Positions 11,360 to 21,758 of a DNA stretch of 64,000 nt are shown here, in pieces; the stretch's first letter is position 1, and every line of letters starts with the position of its first letter. The translations under genes were made by a program, and so were the position numbers. The DNA comes from Naegleria gruberi (lineage: Eukaryota): assembly GCA_000004985.1 (NCBI GenBank), contig GG738889.1; one strand, written 5' to 3'. The notes under the pieces were generated by a model. It was not told the DNA's origin. It saw only the letters and a program-made list of their open reading frames with translations, and did no database searches.

Positions 11360-13369
11360 ATGAAAATCCATAACAAATTATCATCAAGACCACACTCACT
11401 ATTAATTATTCTACTACTATTATCTATTATAGTAATACTATTATTTAACAATGTCAACAATAATAAGGTAACATGTCAAGTTAATATAAATAAAATTATT
11501 GAAATGACAAATAAATTAACAGAATATATATCAAATGAACAATCATTAAAAGATTTACCATTTAAATCATTTCCAATTCAATTTGCTGAACAAGCAGGTT
11601 TATATAAATCATATATTCATATGAATAATGGTGGATATGATTATGAATCTATTTTATTAAGAAGATATGCTAAAATACCTGATTTGAATATGTTTGTTAC
11701 TAATTTTGTTATTTTAACACAAATTGAATCTAATTATTTAATTACTAATTCTAAATATAGTAATAAAATTACAAATATATTAAATTTAGATAGATTAAAT
11801 TTAGCAATTAAAGCTATTTTAACATATCATGATAATAATTTTAATGAAAGTGTTCCAGTTTATAACTTTTGGCCTCAAAAATTATTACCAAATTCAAAAT
11901 ATTATCAAGCTTATCCAATTAATTTAATTGAACCTTTAAATGAATTTGGTTCAATGGAAAAGTATATTGAAGAATTATTAAAATTTCTAAAATTGGAAAA
12001 TTTATTAGAAAAAGTTGAAGATTTAATTGAAAGTTTTCAATTTCTAGCTCAAGCTTTTCATATTCCAGCTGATTATGATGATACTTCATGTAATTTAGCA
12101 TTAGGTTCAATGTTATTTAAATATTTAAATAATAATCAAGAATTAATTAATTTATGGAAATCTAAAAATGTTGATTATGATTCTTTATTTAAAATTTATG
12201 AAAGATTTGCCTATCATTTAATTGTTAATAATAATCATAATAATAATCATAATAATAATCAACTAGAACATCAAGAAGAACATCAAGAAGAACATCAAAA
12301 AGTGAACAATGAACAACATCAAAATATTATTGATCCAAGATCTTATTTTATTTTTCATAAATTTTTTGAAAATAATTTAAATATTAAATTACCAATGACA
12401 TGGTTAATGGATATTAAACAAGATAGAGATAGATTTCCAGCAGTAGCACAACCATTTAATGTTAATAATGTTGATTTGAGTGTTTTAACTAATTTTATAT
12501 TTGGAGTATCTGCACATACTTTAAATGGAAATGAGTTATTATTAGATTCACATCCAATTATAGAACAAATGTTATTAAATGCAAGTAAAATAATTGAATA
12601 TTCAATTATGAATGAAATTGAATCTAAAAGACCTGATTTATCACTTGTTTATTATCCAAGTGTTTATGATTTTTATTGGTTTATTTCTAGAACTAGTTTC
12701 CTTTTAAAGAATTCTAATACTAAATCAAGAATATTATTAGAAATTTCTAAAATATTTGATAATATTTTAATTAAATATATTACAAATAATTTATTAAATT
12801 TATCTAAAAAGAATGAAAAGAATGAAATTTATTGGGATGATTTTTTAGGAGATTTTAAAGAAAAAGAATTAGGAGAAGATAGATTATTTTCAACATCATT
12901 AGCATTATCAACATTATTAGATACATGGACAAATTTAGAAAATAATAGAAGAGTATGGAATCCATCCATTCCATTACATGTTAAAAATTTAATTGAAAAT
13001 GGAATTTTATATTTACAAGAAAATTTATTTTCATTTTGGTCAATTTATGAAAATGCATTCTTTTCAGGATCAGTGAAAGGATCAAATGATTATCCATTTT
13101 ATTATCCAATGAATTATTGTGAATTTTTAAATGGTACTATTTTAAAACCAATTGATCCTAATATGATTACTGATGATTTAATTGTTGGTATGGAGGGTTT
13201 AATTTCACCTCAACAATATGATTTATATTTAAAACAATTATGGTTTAATGAATCTGTACCTACCAAATTTAATGGTTTTGAAAAGGAAACATTTCCATTT
13301 TGGAGTTCACCTGCTTTGACTTATTCTATTACTCAATTGGTTTTTTCAAAATATTTAAGTTTAAATTAA
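11360..13369 (+). CDS. hypothetical secreted/type-II membrane protein, 669 aa (N-terminal signal anchor)
   Basis: Long uninterrupted ORF MKIHNKLSSRPHSLLIILLLLSIIVILLF..., with an HNNNHNNNQLEHQEEHQEEHQ low-complexity insert; no family recognised from sequence. Confidence 0.55.
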   Translation: MKIHNKLSSRPHSLLIILLLLSIIVILLFNNVNNNKVTCQVNINKIIEMTNKLTEYISNEQSLKDLPFKSFPIQFAEQAGLYKSYIHMNNGGYDYESILLRRYAKIPDLNMFVTNFVILTQIESNYLITNSKYSNKITNILNLDRLNLAIKAILTYHDNNFNESVPVYNFWPQKLLPNSKYYQAYPINLIEPLNEFGSMEKYIEELLKFLKLENLLEKVEDLIESFQFLAQAFHIPADYDDTSCNLALGSMLFKYLNNNQELINLWKSKNVDYDSLFKIYERFAYHLIVNNNHNNNHNNNQLEHQEEHQEEHQKVNNEQHQNIIDPRSYFIFHKFFENNLNIKLPMTWLMDIKQDRDRFPAVAQPFNVNNVDLSVLTNFIFGVSAHTLNGNELLLDSHPIIEQMLLNASKIIEYSIMNEIESKRPDLSLVYYPSVYDFYWFISRTSFLLKNSNTKSRILLEISKIFDNILIKYITNNLLNLSKKNEKNEIYWDDFLGDFKEKELGEDRLFSTSLALSTLLDTWTNLENNRRVWNPSIPLHVKNLIENGILYLQENLFSFWSIYENAFFSGSVKGSNDYPFYYPMNYCEFLNGTILKPIDPNMITDDLIVGMEGLISPQQYDLYLKQLWFNESVPTKFNGFEKETFPFWSSPALTYSITQLVFSKYLSLN

Positions 13370-13440
13370 TGATTAAACTTTGATAATAAATTATTCATTG
13401 GTTTTTTATTGTTGTATGATATTTAATTAATGATAAATTT

Positions 13441-14439
13441 ATGTTGAATAAAAATATATTTAATAAATTTAAAAATGTAATTCTTTTAAAATTTAACTTG
13501 GAAAAAAAAATGAAACAATTTAAACAGTCCATTAATTTATTGAAATTATTGAATAATAATAAAACAACTATTAATAGTTCTTCCACTGCATTCAAATCAA
13601 TTATAATCAATAATAACAATTATGGATTTAATAGAGTAAATAATTATCATCATCATTCCATTCTTCAATTGAACAATAATAATAACAATACGGAACAAAA
13701 GAATACTATTAGTACATCCAATAATAATATTAATATTAATAATAATAATAATAATAGTACTCAACAACAATTAGAAGAACAAAAATTTGTCATTTCCGAA
13801 GATGTTGAAAGTACTCCATCATCATCATTAAATAATAATACTAATACAACCAATAATAATAATACTTTTAATAAGAATCAACAACGTATTAGAATTATTA
13901 ATTCATCATCTAATAATTCCAATTCTTCATCATCATCATCTTATAAATTTACAAAAACACTTAAATATTCAATAATATTTACAATAGCATCTGTTGTAAT
14001 ATATATTATAGTAGAAACTAATAATGATAGAATGAATTATTATGTATCACCATCTAAAGTAATGGATAATCGTCAAGATTTTCCACCTGATCGTAAAATT
14101 AGAATTGGAGGTATTGTTAAAGAGGGAACAATTCAACATGGTGAAAATAATTTTCTTACAATATTTAAAATTACAGATTTGAAATATGATATTGAAATTG
14201 AATATAAAGGTGTTTTACCTGATTTATTTGAAGAAAATAGTACTGCTATTTGTGAAGGTTTTATGCTTGGACATTCTAAATTGAAATGTACTAATATTTT
14301 AGCTAAACATGATCAGAGAAATGGAATGCCACCTGAAATTGCATATGAAGTTGAAAAGAATAGAAGAGAAATGGAAAGAAGAAAATTAAATCAAGAACAA
14401 GAAAGTTCTAAGCATCATCACATTGAAAGTGAAATTTAA
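13441..14439 (+). CDS. ccmE: cytochrome c-type biogenesis protein CcmE (System I haem chaperone), N/S-rich N-terminal extension
   Basis: TM helix IIFTIASVVIYIIV, then YYVSPSKV...PDRKIRIGGIVKEGTIQHG.NNFLTIFKITD..YDIEIEYKGVLPDLFEE..TAICEGFM......C.NILAKHDQRNGMPPEI. This is collinear with E. coli CcmE FYTPGEI..P.VRLGG.V.PGSV.R......V.F.I.D....V.V.Y.GILPDLFREGQGVV..G.L.......A.EVLAKHDENY.PPEV. Alternative start at 13510. Confidence 0.8.
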   Translation: MLNKNIFNKFKNVILLKFNLEKKMKQFKQSINLLKLLNNNKTTINSSSTAFKSIIINNNNYGFNRVNNYHHHSILQLNNNNNNTEQKNTISTSNNNININNNNNNSTQQQLEEQKFVISEDVESTPSSSLNNNTNTTNNNNTFNKNQQRIRIINSSSNNSNSSSSSSYKFTKTLKYSIIFTIASVVIYIIVETNNDRMNYYVSPSKVMDNRQDFPPDRKIRIGGIVKEGTIQHGENNFLTIFKITDLKYDIEIEYKGVLPDLFEENSTAICEGFMLGHSKLKCTNILAKHDQRNGMPPEIAYEVEKNRREMERRKLNQEQESSKHHHIESEI

Positions 14440-14783
14440 TTCATGTTTTTTATCTTATGTTTTTTTATCATGTTTTTTATCATTGAGTGTTTGGTATTTC
14501 TATAAAAAAATAATTCATTTTCTTTCATGTTTAGTATAAAAGTTACAATGAACAATTTCATAAATCATATCAAATATATCATGGATAGAATGTCATTGAT
14601 ATGAAAATAAATTAATATCAATTTTTCAAAAAGTAATTATTGAGAATATTATTCATCACTCCAATCATATCAATTTACCATTGAAATTGATGAGAGAAAA
14701 TCAACTATTCAATAGCAGCACCAACCAAGGCTTTGGATTTTAAAAAAAATATTGTAAAAAAAAATAACCTCAAAAAATATAGA

Positions 14784-15735
14784 ATGAACGTACCAAAGCA
14801 ATCTATGCGTCATTTAATTGGTTCCCTGTTTCGTGAAGCAGGTGAAGCCATGGATCGTGTTGGATGTTTCTTGCAAGGAAGTTTGGCATACAAGGAAGAT
14901 TGTTAGTGTCTATATTTTTTTAAATTAATTTTAATAACAACAATAATATAATGATGACTCTTTATTAACAAATAATCATACAATTTTCATCAATCTATTT
15001 TAATATTAACAACAAATACATCAAATATATACAGTAAATAGAACTAGAAGAGTTATGAAATTCAAGAATTTTAAACCATCCGTTCAACCATCATCTTTCA
15101 TTGCTCCAAATGCCAGCGTTATTGGTTCAGTTTCTCTTGGTCCAAATTCATCTGTTTGGTACAATGTTGTTATAAGAGGTAGGTTTATATATTGTGAATG
15201 ATGATAAATTTATCAAATATTAGGTGATGTTAATTCTATACAAATCGGAGAAAATACCAATATTCAAGACAGAGTTATTATTCACTGTACAGGCAAGGTT
15301 GGCCACGAAAAGCCAACAATTATTGGAAATAATGTTACTGTTGAAAGCGGTGCTATTTTACATGCTTGTACTTTAGAAGATGAGTCTTATATTGGTTTTG
15401 GTGCCACTGTTTTGGATGGTGCTGTTGTTGGAAGAGGAGCTATGATTGCACCAGGTGCTGTTGTGACACCAGGAACTATTGTTCCAGGTGGTGAAATTTG
15501 GGCTGGTGTTCCTGCTAAGAAACTTCGTGAATTGACTCCAGAAGAACAAGAATCTATTAAGAAGTCTGCTGCTGAACTCTCAGAATTGGCTCAAGTCCAC
15601 AAGCAAGAACAAGATAAGGAATTCGAAGAATTGTTGCACGATATGGAAACATTCAAATTCCGTGAAGATAGACTCGAAGAATACACTTATGAAAAGGTTG
15701 AATCTCCATCAAGCACTGCTCCAACCAAGAATTAA
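14784..15735 (+). CDS. gamma-type carbonic anhydrase (left-handed beta-helix; complex I gamma-CA subunit family), 3 exons
   Basis: join(14784..14901,15035..15178,15224..15735). Exon 1, missed by the ORF track, encodes MNVPKQSMRHLIGSLFREAGEAMDRVGCFLQGSLAYKED, matching plant gamma-CA N-termini (G.ALDRVGS.LQGS). The donor T|GTTAGT and acceptor ACAG| give L-NRTRRVMKFKNFKPSVQPSSFIAPNASVIGSVSLGPNSSVWYNVVIRG-DVNSIQIGENTNIQD..., matching plant LSRHRTLMNVFDKSPLVDKDVFVAPSASVIGDVQ.G.GSSIWYGCVLRGDVN. Hexapeptide repeats continue to the stop at 15733. Confidence 0.8.
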
Positions 15736-15857
15736 ATTTTTTTACAATTACCATATAAACTACAGGGATGCATTAGTTTATGGGTTGATTAAATAGACAT
15801 CCTGCATAAAAATCAATTTTTAATTTACATGTTTTTTTGACAATCGTTAAGGTAAGA

Positions 15858-17207
15858 TTAATCTTCACCATAAACTGATTGAGATTGACCATCAGTCACA
15901 TCATGTTGAATTATTTGTCTATCAATACTCGCTGTGAATGCTGTCGAGCCATCATATGACCAGCATGCACTGGTTACCATCAATTCATGACCTCTCAATG
16001 TATTATGACAATGACCACTCAAATCATAAATTTTAGCCACACGTTTATCCAAAGAAACTAACATTCTCTGGTGGTATTCAGATATTGAAATATTATTGAC
16101 ACCTCCTGATTTGATTGGAATAGTCTTGACTGGTTTTGTCATGTTTCTATAATCAAAAATACGTAACTCTCCATTGTCTGTTCCTGTTATAATGAATCTA
16201 TCACTTGGAGTAAAGGCAACACAATTAACAGGATCTGAATGGGATTTGAGTGACGAAATTGGAGATTTTGAGTCTGAATGAGAGTCCCATAAAAATACAT
16301 TACCATCAGATGAAGCACAAGCAATTAATGATGACTGATAAGCACATGTAACATCATTAAGGTAGGCAGTTTCTACAGGTGAGTTTATCTTTTGAATTTC
16401 TCTTAATTCCAAATCTAACATTCTAACACAACCATCCCAACATGATGTAATAATATTATCACCACGATTGTGATGGGTGAAATCACAACTAGAAATGATA
16501 CCCTTATGTGATTCTGTATTTTTTACGTGTGGATTTCTGAGATAGGTTGGCCTATTTCTTATCATACCTTGAACACCCTCTAAAGTATTGGTTATGATTT
16601 TAACAATATATTCACAAAGTAATATCAATGTTGTTGTTGTTATATTGAACAAAGTAATAAAACATACCTTCAGTAATATAATATTTTTGTAACTCGTTAA
16701 GACTATCATCATTTTCACTATCTGTATTTACACCTTCATTTTGATAAGCTTTAAAATCAATATGACTATCTAATAAATCTTGTGTAAATAAATCATGTTG
16801 AGTTTCATTAAAAGATTCATCAAATTCAGTGCTTGTTTTGTGAATATTATCTATAGATGGTAATTTAGAATGTCTATTAAATGGTTTAAATCTATTACTA
16901 GAATCATCATCATATTCATTTTCTCCAACATATTGTCCACTTGTTGATTGATTTAAAGTGAGAGCATTATTTTGTTTTAAAGTATCAGCAAATTTCCATA
17001 AATGTACAGATTGATCACCTGAAACAGAACAAATCATTTGCGAAGTTGGATGAAATTTGATTCTATTTACAGCTCCACTATGTCCCTTATAAACAAGTAA
17101 TGGATTAAGATGAGAAAAATTAGATCCCCATAAACAACATGTTGAATCTGCTGAAGCTGTTGCAAACAGTGGTGTTGATGTGTCAATACTACAAACAGGT
17201 GACATTT
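15858..17207 (-). CDS. WD40-repeat protein, 2 exons
   Basis: complement(join(15858..16579,16668..17207)). ATG at 17207 (MSPVCSIDTSTPLFATASADSTCCLWG...). Donor AAG|GTATGT and acceptor TTTAG| remove an 88-nt intron and join ...KYYITE-E-GVQGMIRNRPTYL. Multiple WD signatures (GHSGAVNRIKFHP, SCWDGCVRMLD, ACASSDGNVFLWD, ITGTDNGELRIFD, FTASIDRQIIQHD). Confidence 0.6.
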
Positions 17208-17354
17208 TAATATCAAACACTGCATCTCTGTGAAATAAATATTTTCTAACAATTTTCTTATTATCTGGTTGTCTATCATTATTGAAATAATATTACAATG
17301 AGATAAATAACATCATATTGTTGATATATTAGTAGTCTACATATTGAAATAAAC

Positions 17355-17928
17355 CTACTTTGCTTGAATTGTCTTTTTAAATTGAGCATTGAATTGATCT
17401 TTAAGATCTTTCATTCTTTGTATTGTTGTTTTTGCTCCACTTTTTTGTTCTGGATTTGGTGTTTTAACAGGTGATTTTACATAGAGATTTTTAGATTCGG
17501 TAGAGAATGAATCCGATCGTTTTAAAGTTTCCACTTCTTTTACAGGTAATTGTTTTGATGATGGAGAGGCTTTTGATGGTGAGTTTTAATTGAATACAAA
17601 TTAAATTCTTCTTACATTTTGTCATATAATTTACTTCTTGTTTAATATATCCCATTAATTTTGTCATTTCCAAATGTTCCTCTTCTAAATCAATACTAGT
17701 ATTATTATTATTATTATTTTCAAGTCCATCCAATTGTTGAAAAAGTTTATCAATACGTTCATCCATTTCCAACAATAATTTATGAATAATATTTGGAGTC
17801 ATTTCTACGGGTGAAATAATAGAATCATTTCTTGTATTCGGATGATCCGATCCCAACGTATTATGATTCGATGGTTGATGTAATGATGATGAGCCTTGCA
17901 TTTGTTGCTGTTGATTAGTAATGCTCAT
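17355..17928 (-). CDS. hypothetical coiled-coil protein with one short intron
   Basis: ATG 17928 (MSITNQQQQMQGSSS...LEMDERIDKLFQQLDGLE...MGYIKQEVNYMTK), then a putative 46-nt intron (GTAAGA...CAAAAG), then SSPSSKQLPVKEVETLKRSDSF...IQRMKDLKDQFNAQFKKTIQAK, stop TAG at 17355-17357. Intron assignment tentative. Confidence 0.4.
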
Positions 17929-18456
17929 TTTTTGATGAAATGTTTGATGAGTTATTTCCACTCTAAGAAGGCAGCAACAAGGCTGGGATGAAAGTTGGAG
18001 AAGGCAGTTTAACTAAAAGGCTTTGTAATGTTCATTGTTTTGGTCTTCTGGTAAGGCTTGATTGATAATGGTTTACAACTCGAGAATTTATCAATTTTTA
18101 TGAAAATGACCAGTTAAGGAAAAACCATTAATTATCTCTTCAAACCTTTTTTAAGAATATTAACTACCGAACATGATGGTTGAACGGGTTCATTATTAAA
18201 CATCAATAGTGGTACTAAAATAAATATTACAAGGTGTTTCATTCTCTCTCATCAATTGATTTAATAACTTACTCCATCAATCTGTCATAAATAGTTTACT
18301 GTAATGCAACAACAGCTTAGAGCGAGGTTGAAAATTTTCTCTCAATAGTTGTTATTTTCATATAGGAGAGTATAACTGAATAATAACAAGCAAGGGCAAA
18401 AAAAACAAACAACATCAGCAACATTTTTATTCATCCCTCTCAACATCCCTTAAAAA

Positions 18457-21107
18457 ATGTTGGACAAATTCTTCTCTGAAATATTTCTCTCCTATTGTAG
18501 TGATACTCAGCAGCGACCCGAGAGAGAATTAGCCTTGAATTTAAAACAATTATTGGAAAAGAATTGTACTGAGGAAAAATTTATTTTAAGATCTCAAAGA
18601 ATTGGTATTGCAACAGCTAATAGTTTAGCAAGGTATTTTGCTCAAACTGTTAGTAAAGATAGCCCTCTTCATGTTTTGGATCTTCATGAAAATGTCATCC
18701 GAGACAAGGGCGTTCAAGCATTAATAGATGAATTAAAATCATTAAATACTGTAAAAATACTTGATTTAGGTAGTAATGATTTAGGATCAGAATCAGCCAT
18801 CCTTATTGCTGATTACCTTAAAAAACCTGATTGTAAAGTATGTATTAGTATATTATTTATATTATATCAATTATACTTATATCAATTTTCTTGAATATTA
18901 TAGTTAGAATCTTTGATACTAGGAAGTAGTGATTCAGACTTGTATGCAAATAAGATTGAAGCAGAAGGTGGTGTTTCAATTGCCGAGGCTTTATCATCAA
19001 ACTTTACTTTACATACTCTCGATTTTAATAGAAATTCTCAACTAGGAAGAAAAACTCAACAAGCATTCTTTGCTTTAGCAGATGCTTTTGATGAAAATAA
19101 GACAATTAGCTGTTTACGATTGGGACAAACTAATATGGGTTCTGTAGCTGCTGTCAATGTTATTCAATCATTGGAAGGTAATTCAAATTTGAGATATTTA
19201 GATTTACACGGAAATGATTTACCTGTAGATATTGCTGAAAGTCTTGGAAAATTAACATGCACCTGTAAAAACCTATCTGTTTTACTATTACAAAATAATT
19301 GCTTGAAACAAACAGGTGCAGAAATATTATGTAACTTCCTTAAACAAAATACTTTCATTACTGTACTTAATTTGGCTGGAAATGAAATTGGAAACGAAGG
19401 AGCATCATATGTTGCAGATTATCTGTCATGTAAACATACTTTAGTTTACTTGAATTTGAGTAAAAATCAAATAACTGAGGAAGGTATAATTACCATTGCA
19501 CAGGCTATTAATTGTCCTCAAAATACTTTACACTCTTTAAATTTGAGTAATAATAGAGTGGGAAATAGTGGTGCAAAGGCTTTAGCAAAATGTGTAGAAT
19601 ATGACCAATGTGGAATAGTTAACTTGGAATTGAATTCTTGTGGAATTGGTGATCAAGGAGCTGTATCCCTCTGTCTTTCTTTGACATGTAACACAACTCT
19701 GTTGTATATGAAAGTACACAACAATCATATTTCTGAAGGTAAGTTTTTTTCGAACCATTGCTGAATAATGTTGGAAATAGAGGCTGGAAAGGCAGTTCTA
19801 GACTTGCTGGAAAAAAATCATACACTCATGTCTTTTGATGTGAGGGGAAATCAATTAGACCACCCAACCTATTTGAAAATTAAGAAGGTTTTACAACGAA
19901 ATAAGACTGATAAAATGTTGATTGAACCAAATAAGTTAAAAAAGGAAGTAATTAGATTGAAATATGTACAAAAACTTCTTCAAGATGCATCAAAAGAACT
20001 CGAATATCAAGAAAATATTAGACTTGAAACTACTTCAAAAGTGGAAAGGATCAATGAACGAATTAAGGTAATAACAGAAGAAACAGACTCTTCTGCTTCA
20101 GATATAATTTCTCAAATTAAGGAGGAACAGAAAAGAATTGACTTTTTCCAAGATAGAATAACGGCAGTAATGGAGGATAAAAAGCAGAAGAATGCTAAAA
20201 ACGAGCAATTGATGAAAATTAAAATGGACAATCATCAAAAAGAATTGGATGGTAAGTTTATTGAATATTTCATGAATATTTACTTGTTGATAGCTAAAGC
20301 AGAGATTGAGGAAGAACTTAACGACGCCAGAGAAATGTTGCAAGACACAAGAAAAAGAAAAGAAATTGAAATCAAGTAAGTTACACTCACAATTATTGTT
20401 ATCAATATTTACAACTATTCAGAACATTGCAAGAAAAAATCAAATCAGTTAAACTCGCAGCTCAAGATGAAGAAAAGAAGAGAGAAAAACATTCAATGGA
20501 GATTGTAGATATTAGAGTTAGACTTCATGATATTGAAACTGAATTTATTAAACAGTTTGGAGAGGATCATCAAGAGAAAATTGATCAAATGTATATGGAA
20601 ATGAAGAAAGAAGATGAAGAAACGTTTGTTAGACTTGGATCTAAAACTAATCTTTTGGTGGATATGGAAGCTTTAAAGAAAGCTAAAAGTAGTACTACAC
20701 CAGGTACAAGTCACCCCTCAAAGGATTCTTCAAAAGATTCAGGAAAAACAACACCACATTCATCAACAGCAACAGCAACAACATCAACGACAGGTGTTGG
20801 AATTAGTGGAACTAGCTCAACAACAAGACCTACAACACCAAAAGAACCATCAAGTGGAAAGGATACACCAAAAACTCCAAAGGACACCAAGGATACAAGT
20901 ACAAAAACTGGACGATCTTCAACTATTGCAACAACTGGAAGAAGAAAGAGTCCACCTTCAGGAACCAGAAGAAATACTTCAACAACTCCTTCAACACCTC
21001 CACCAATTACTAATGTTGACACAAAGACACCTCCACCATCGAATAATCAAGGAAAGATGAGAGTTACCAATTTGAGTATATACGATTCTACACTGTCAAA
21101 TAAATAA
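18457..21107 (+). CDS. RNI-type leucine-rich-repeat protein with coiled-coil and S/T/P-rich tail (LRRC45-like architecture), 5 exons
   Basis: join(18457..18837,18904..19738,19781..20251,20294..20375,20423..21107); donors AAA|GTATGT, G|GTAAGT, G|GTAAGT, AA|GTAAGT; all acceptors AG with preserved phase. RI-like LRRs (LDLHENVIRDKGVQAL, LDLHGNDL, LNLAGNEIGNEGASYVADYL, LNLSKNQITEEGI, LNLSNNRVGNSGAKALA), then a heptad-rich segment, then a T/S/P tract. Confidence 0.65.
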
Positions 21108-21119
21108 CTTTTTTCAATT

Positions 21120-21725
21120 TTATTCATTGTTCATCATCATATTAATGTATTCCATGTAATTGATTTTTCCAGCATCCTCTGGATCAACTATTGATAATAG
21201 TTCAGTAGCCTTGTCGAGAGACATATTTTCACCATAGTGAACTAGAGCTTTCTCTATTAAATTTGATTTTACAAACCCTTGCCCAAGATCCTCTGTTTCA
21301 AATAATTTGAATGCTCTAATGAGTTCTTCTTTTGTATAGGTAGCATCGACAGTTCTTGACATGACTGTAACAAATTCACTAAAATCAATATCTCCTGAAC
21401 CATCCGCATCAACTTCCAACATCATTTCATCCAATTGTTCATCAGTAGGGTTCAATCCAAGCGTTTCCATGAGTGTTCTTAATTCTTCTCTTTGAATAGA
21501 ACCTATTACATTCCGAATCAAAAAGATTTTCAATAATTATTTCTTGTTATTACTACTAAATGACAATATTGAATCATACCTCCTCCATCTGTATCGACAA
21601 GATCAAATATTTCCTTAAATTCCTTCAATTCTTCTTCCGTTAATGCCTACCAGTAATTTTTGTATTCTGTTTCAAACCATCATCAAATCGGAACCTACCT
21701 TTCTTAATTGTCTCGACTTTTTCAT
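21120..21725 (-). CDS. calmodulin-like EF-hand protein, 3 exons
   Basis: complement(join(21120..21502,21580..21646,21699..21725)). MKKSRQLRK|ALTEEELKEFKEIFDLVDTDGG|GSIQREELRTLMETLGLNPTDEQLDEMMLEVDADGSGDIDFSEFV...DPEDAGKINYMEYINMMM. Introns 52 and 77 nt with GTAGGT and GTATGA donors. Collinear with calmodulin (LTEEQIAEFKEAF.LFDKDGDG.I...EL..VMRSLGQNPTE.ELQDMI.EVDADGNGTIDF.EF). Confidence 0.7.
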
Positions 21726-21758
21726 TTTGTATTGAGGTGGAGATTTATTTACAGTTTT

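Noticed and set aside
20711-21060. ORFs 20711..21022 (-) and 20794..21060 (+)
   Set aside because: Alternative frames over the biased S/T/P-rich tail of the LRR gene; the spliced plus-strand frame continues the coiled-coil protein
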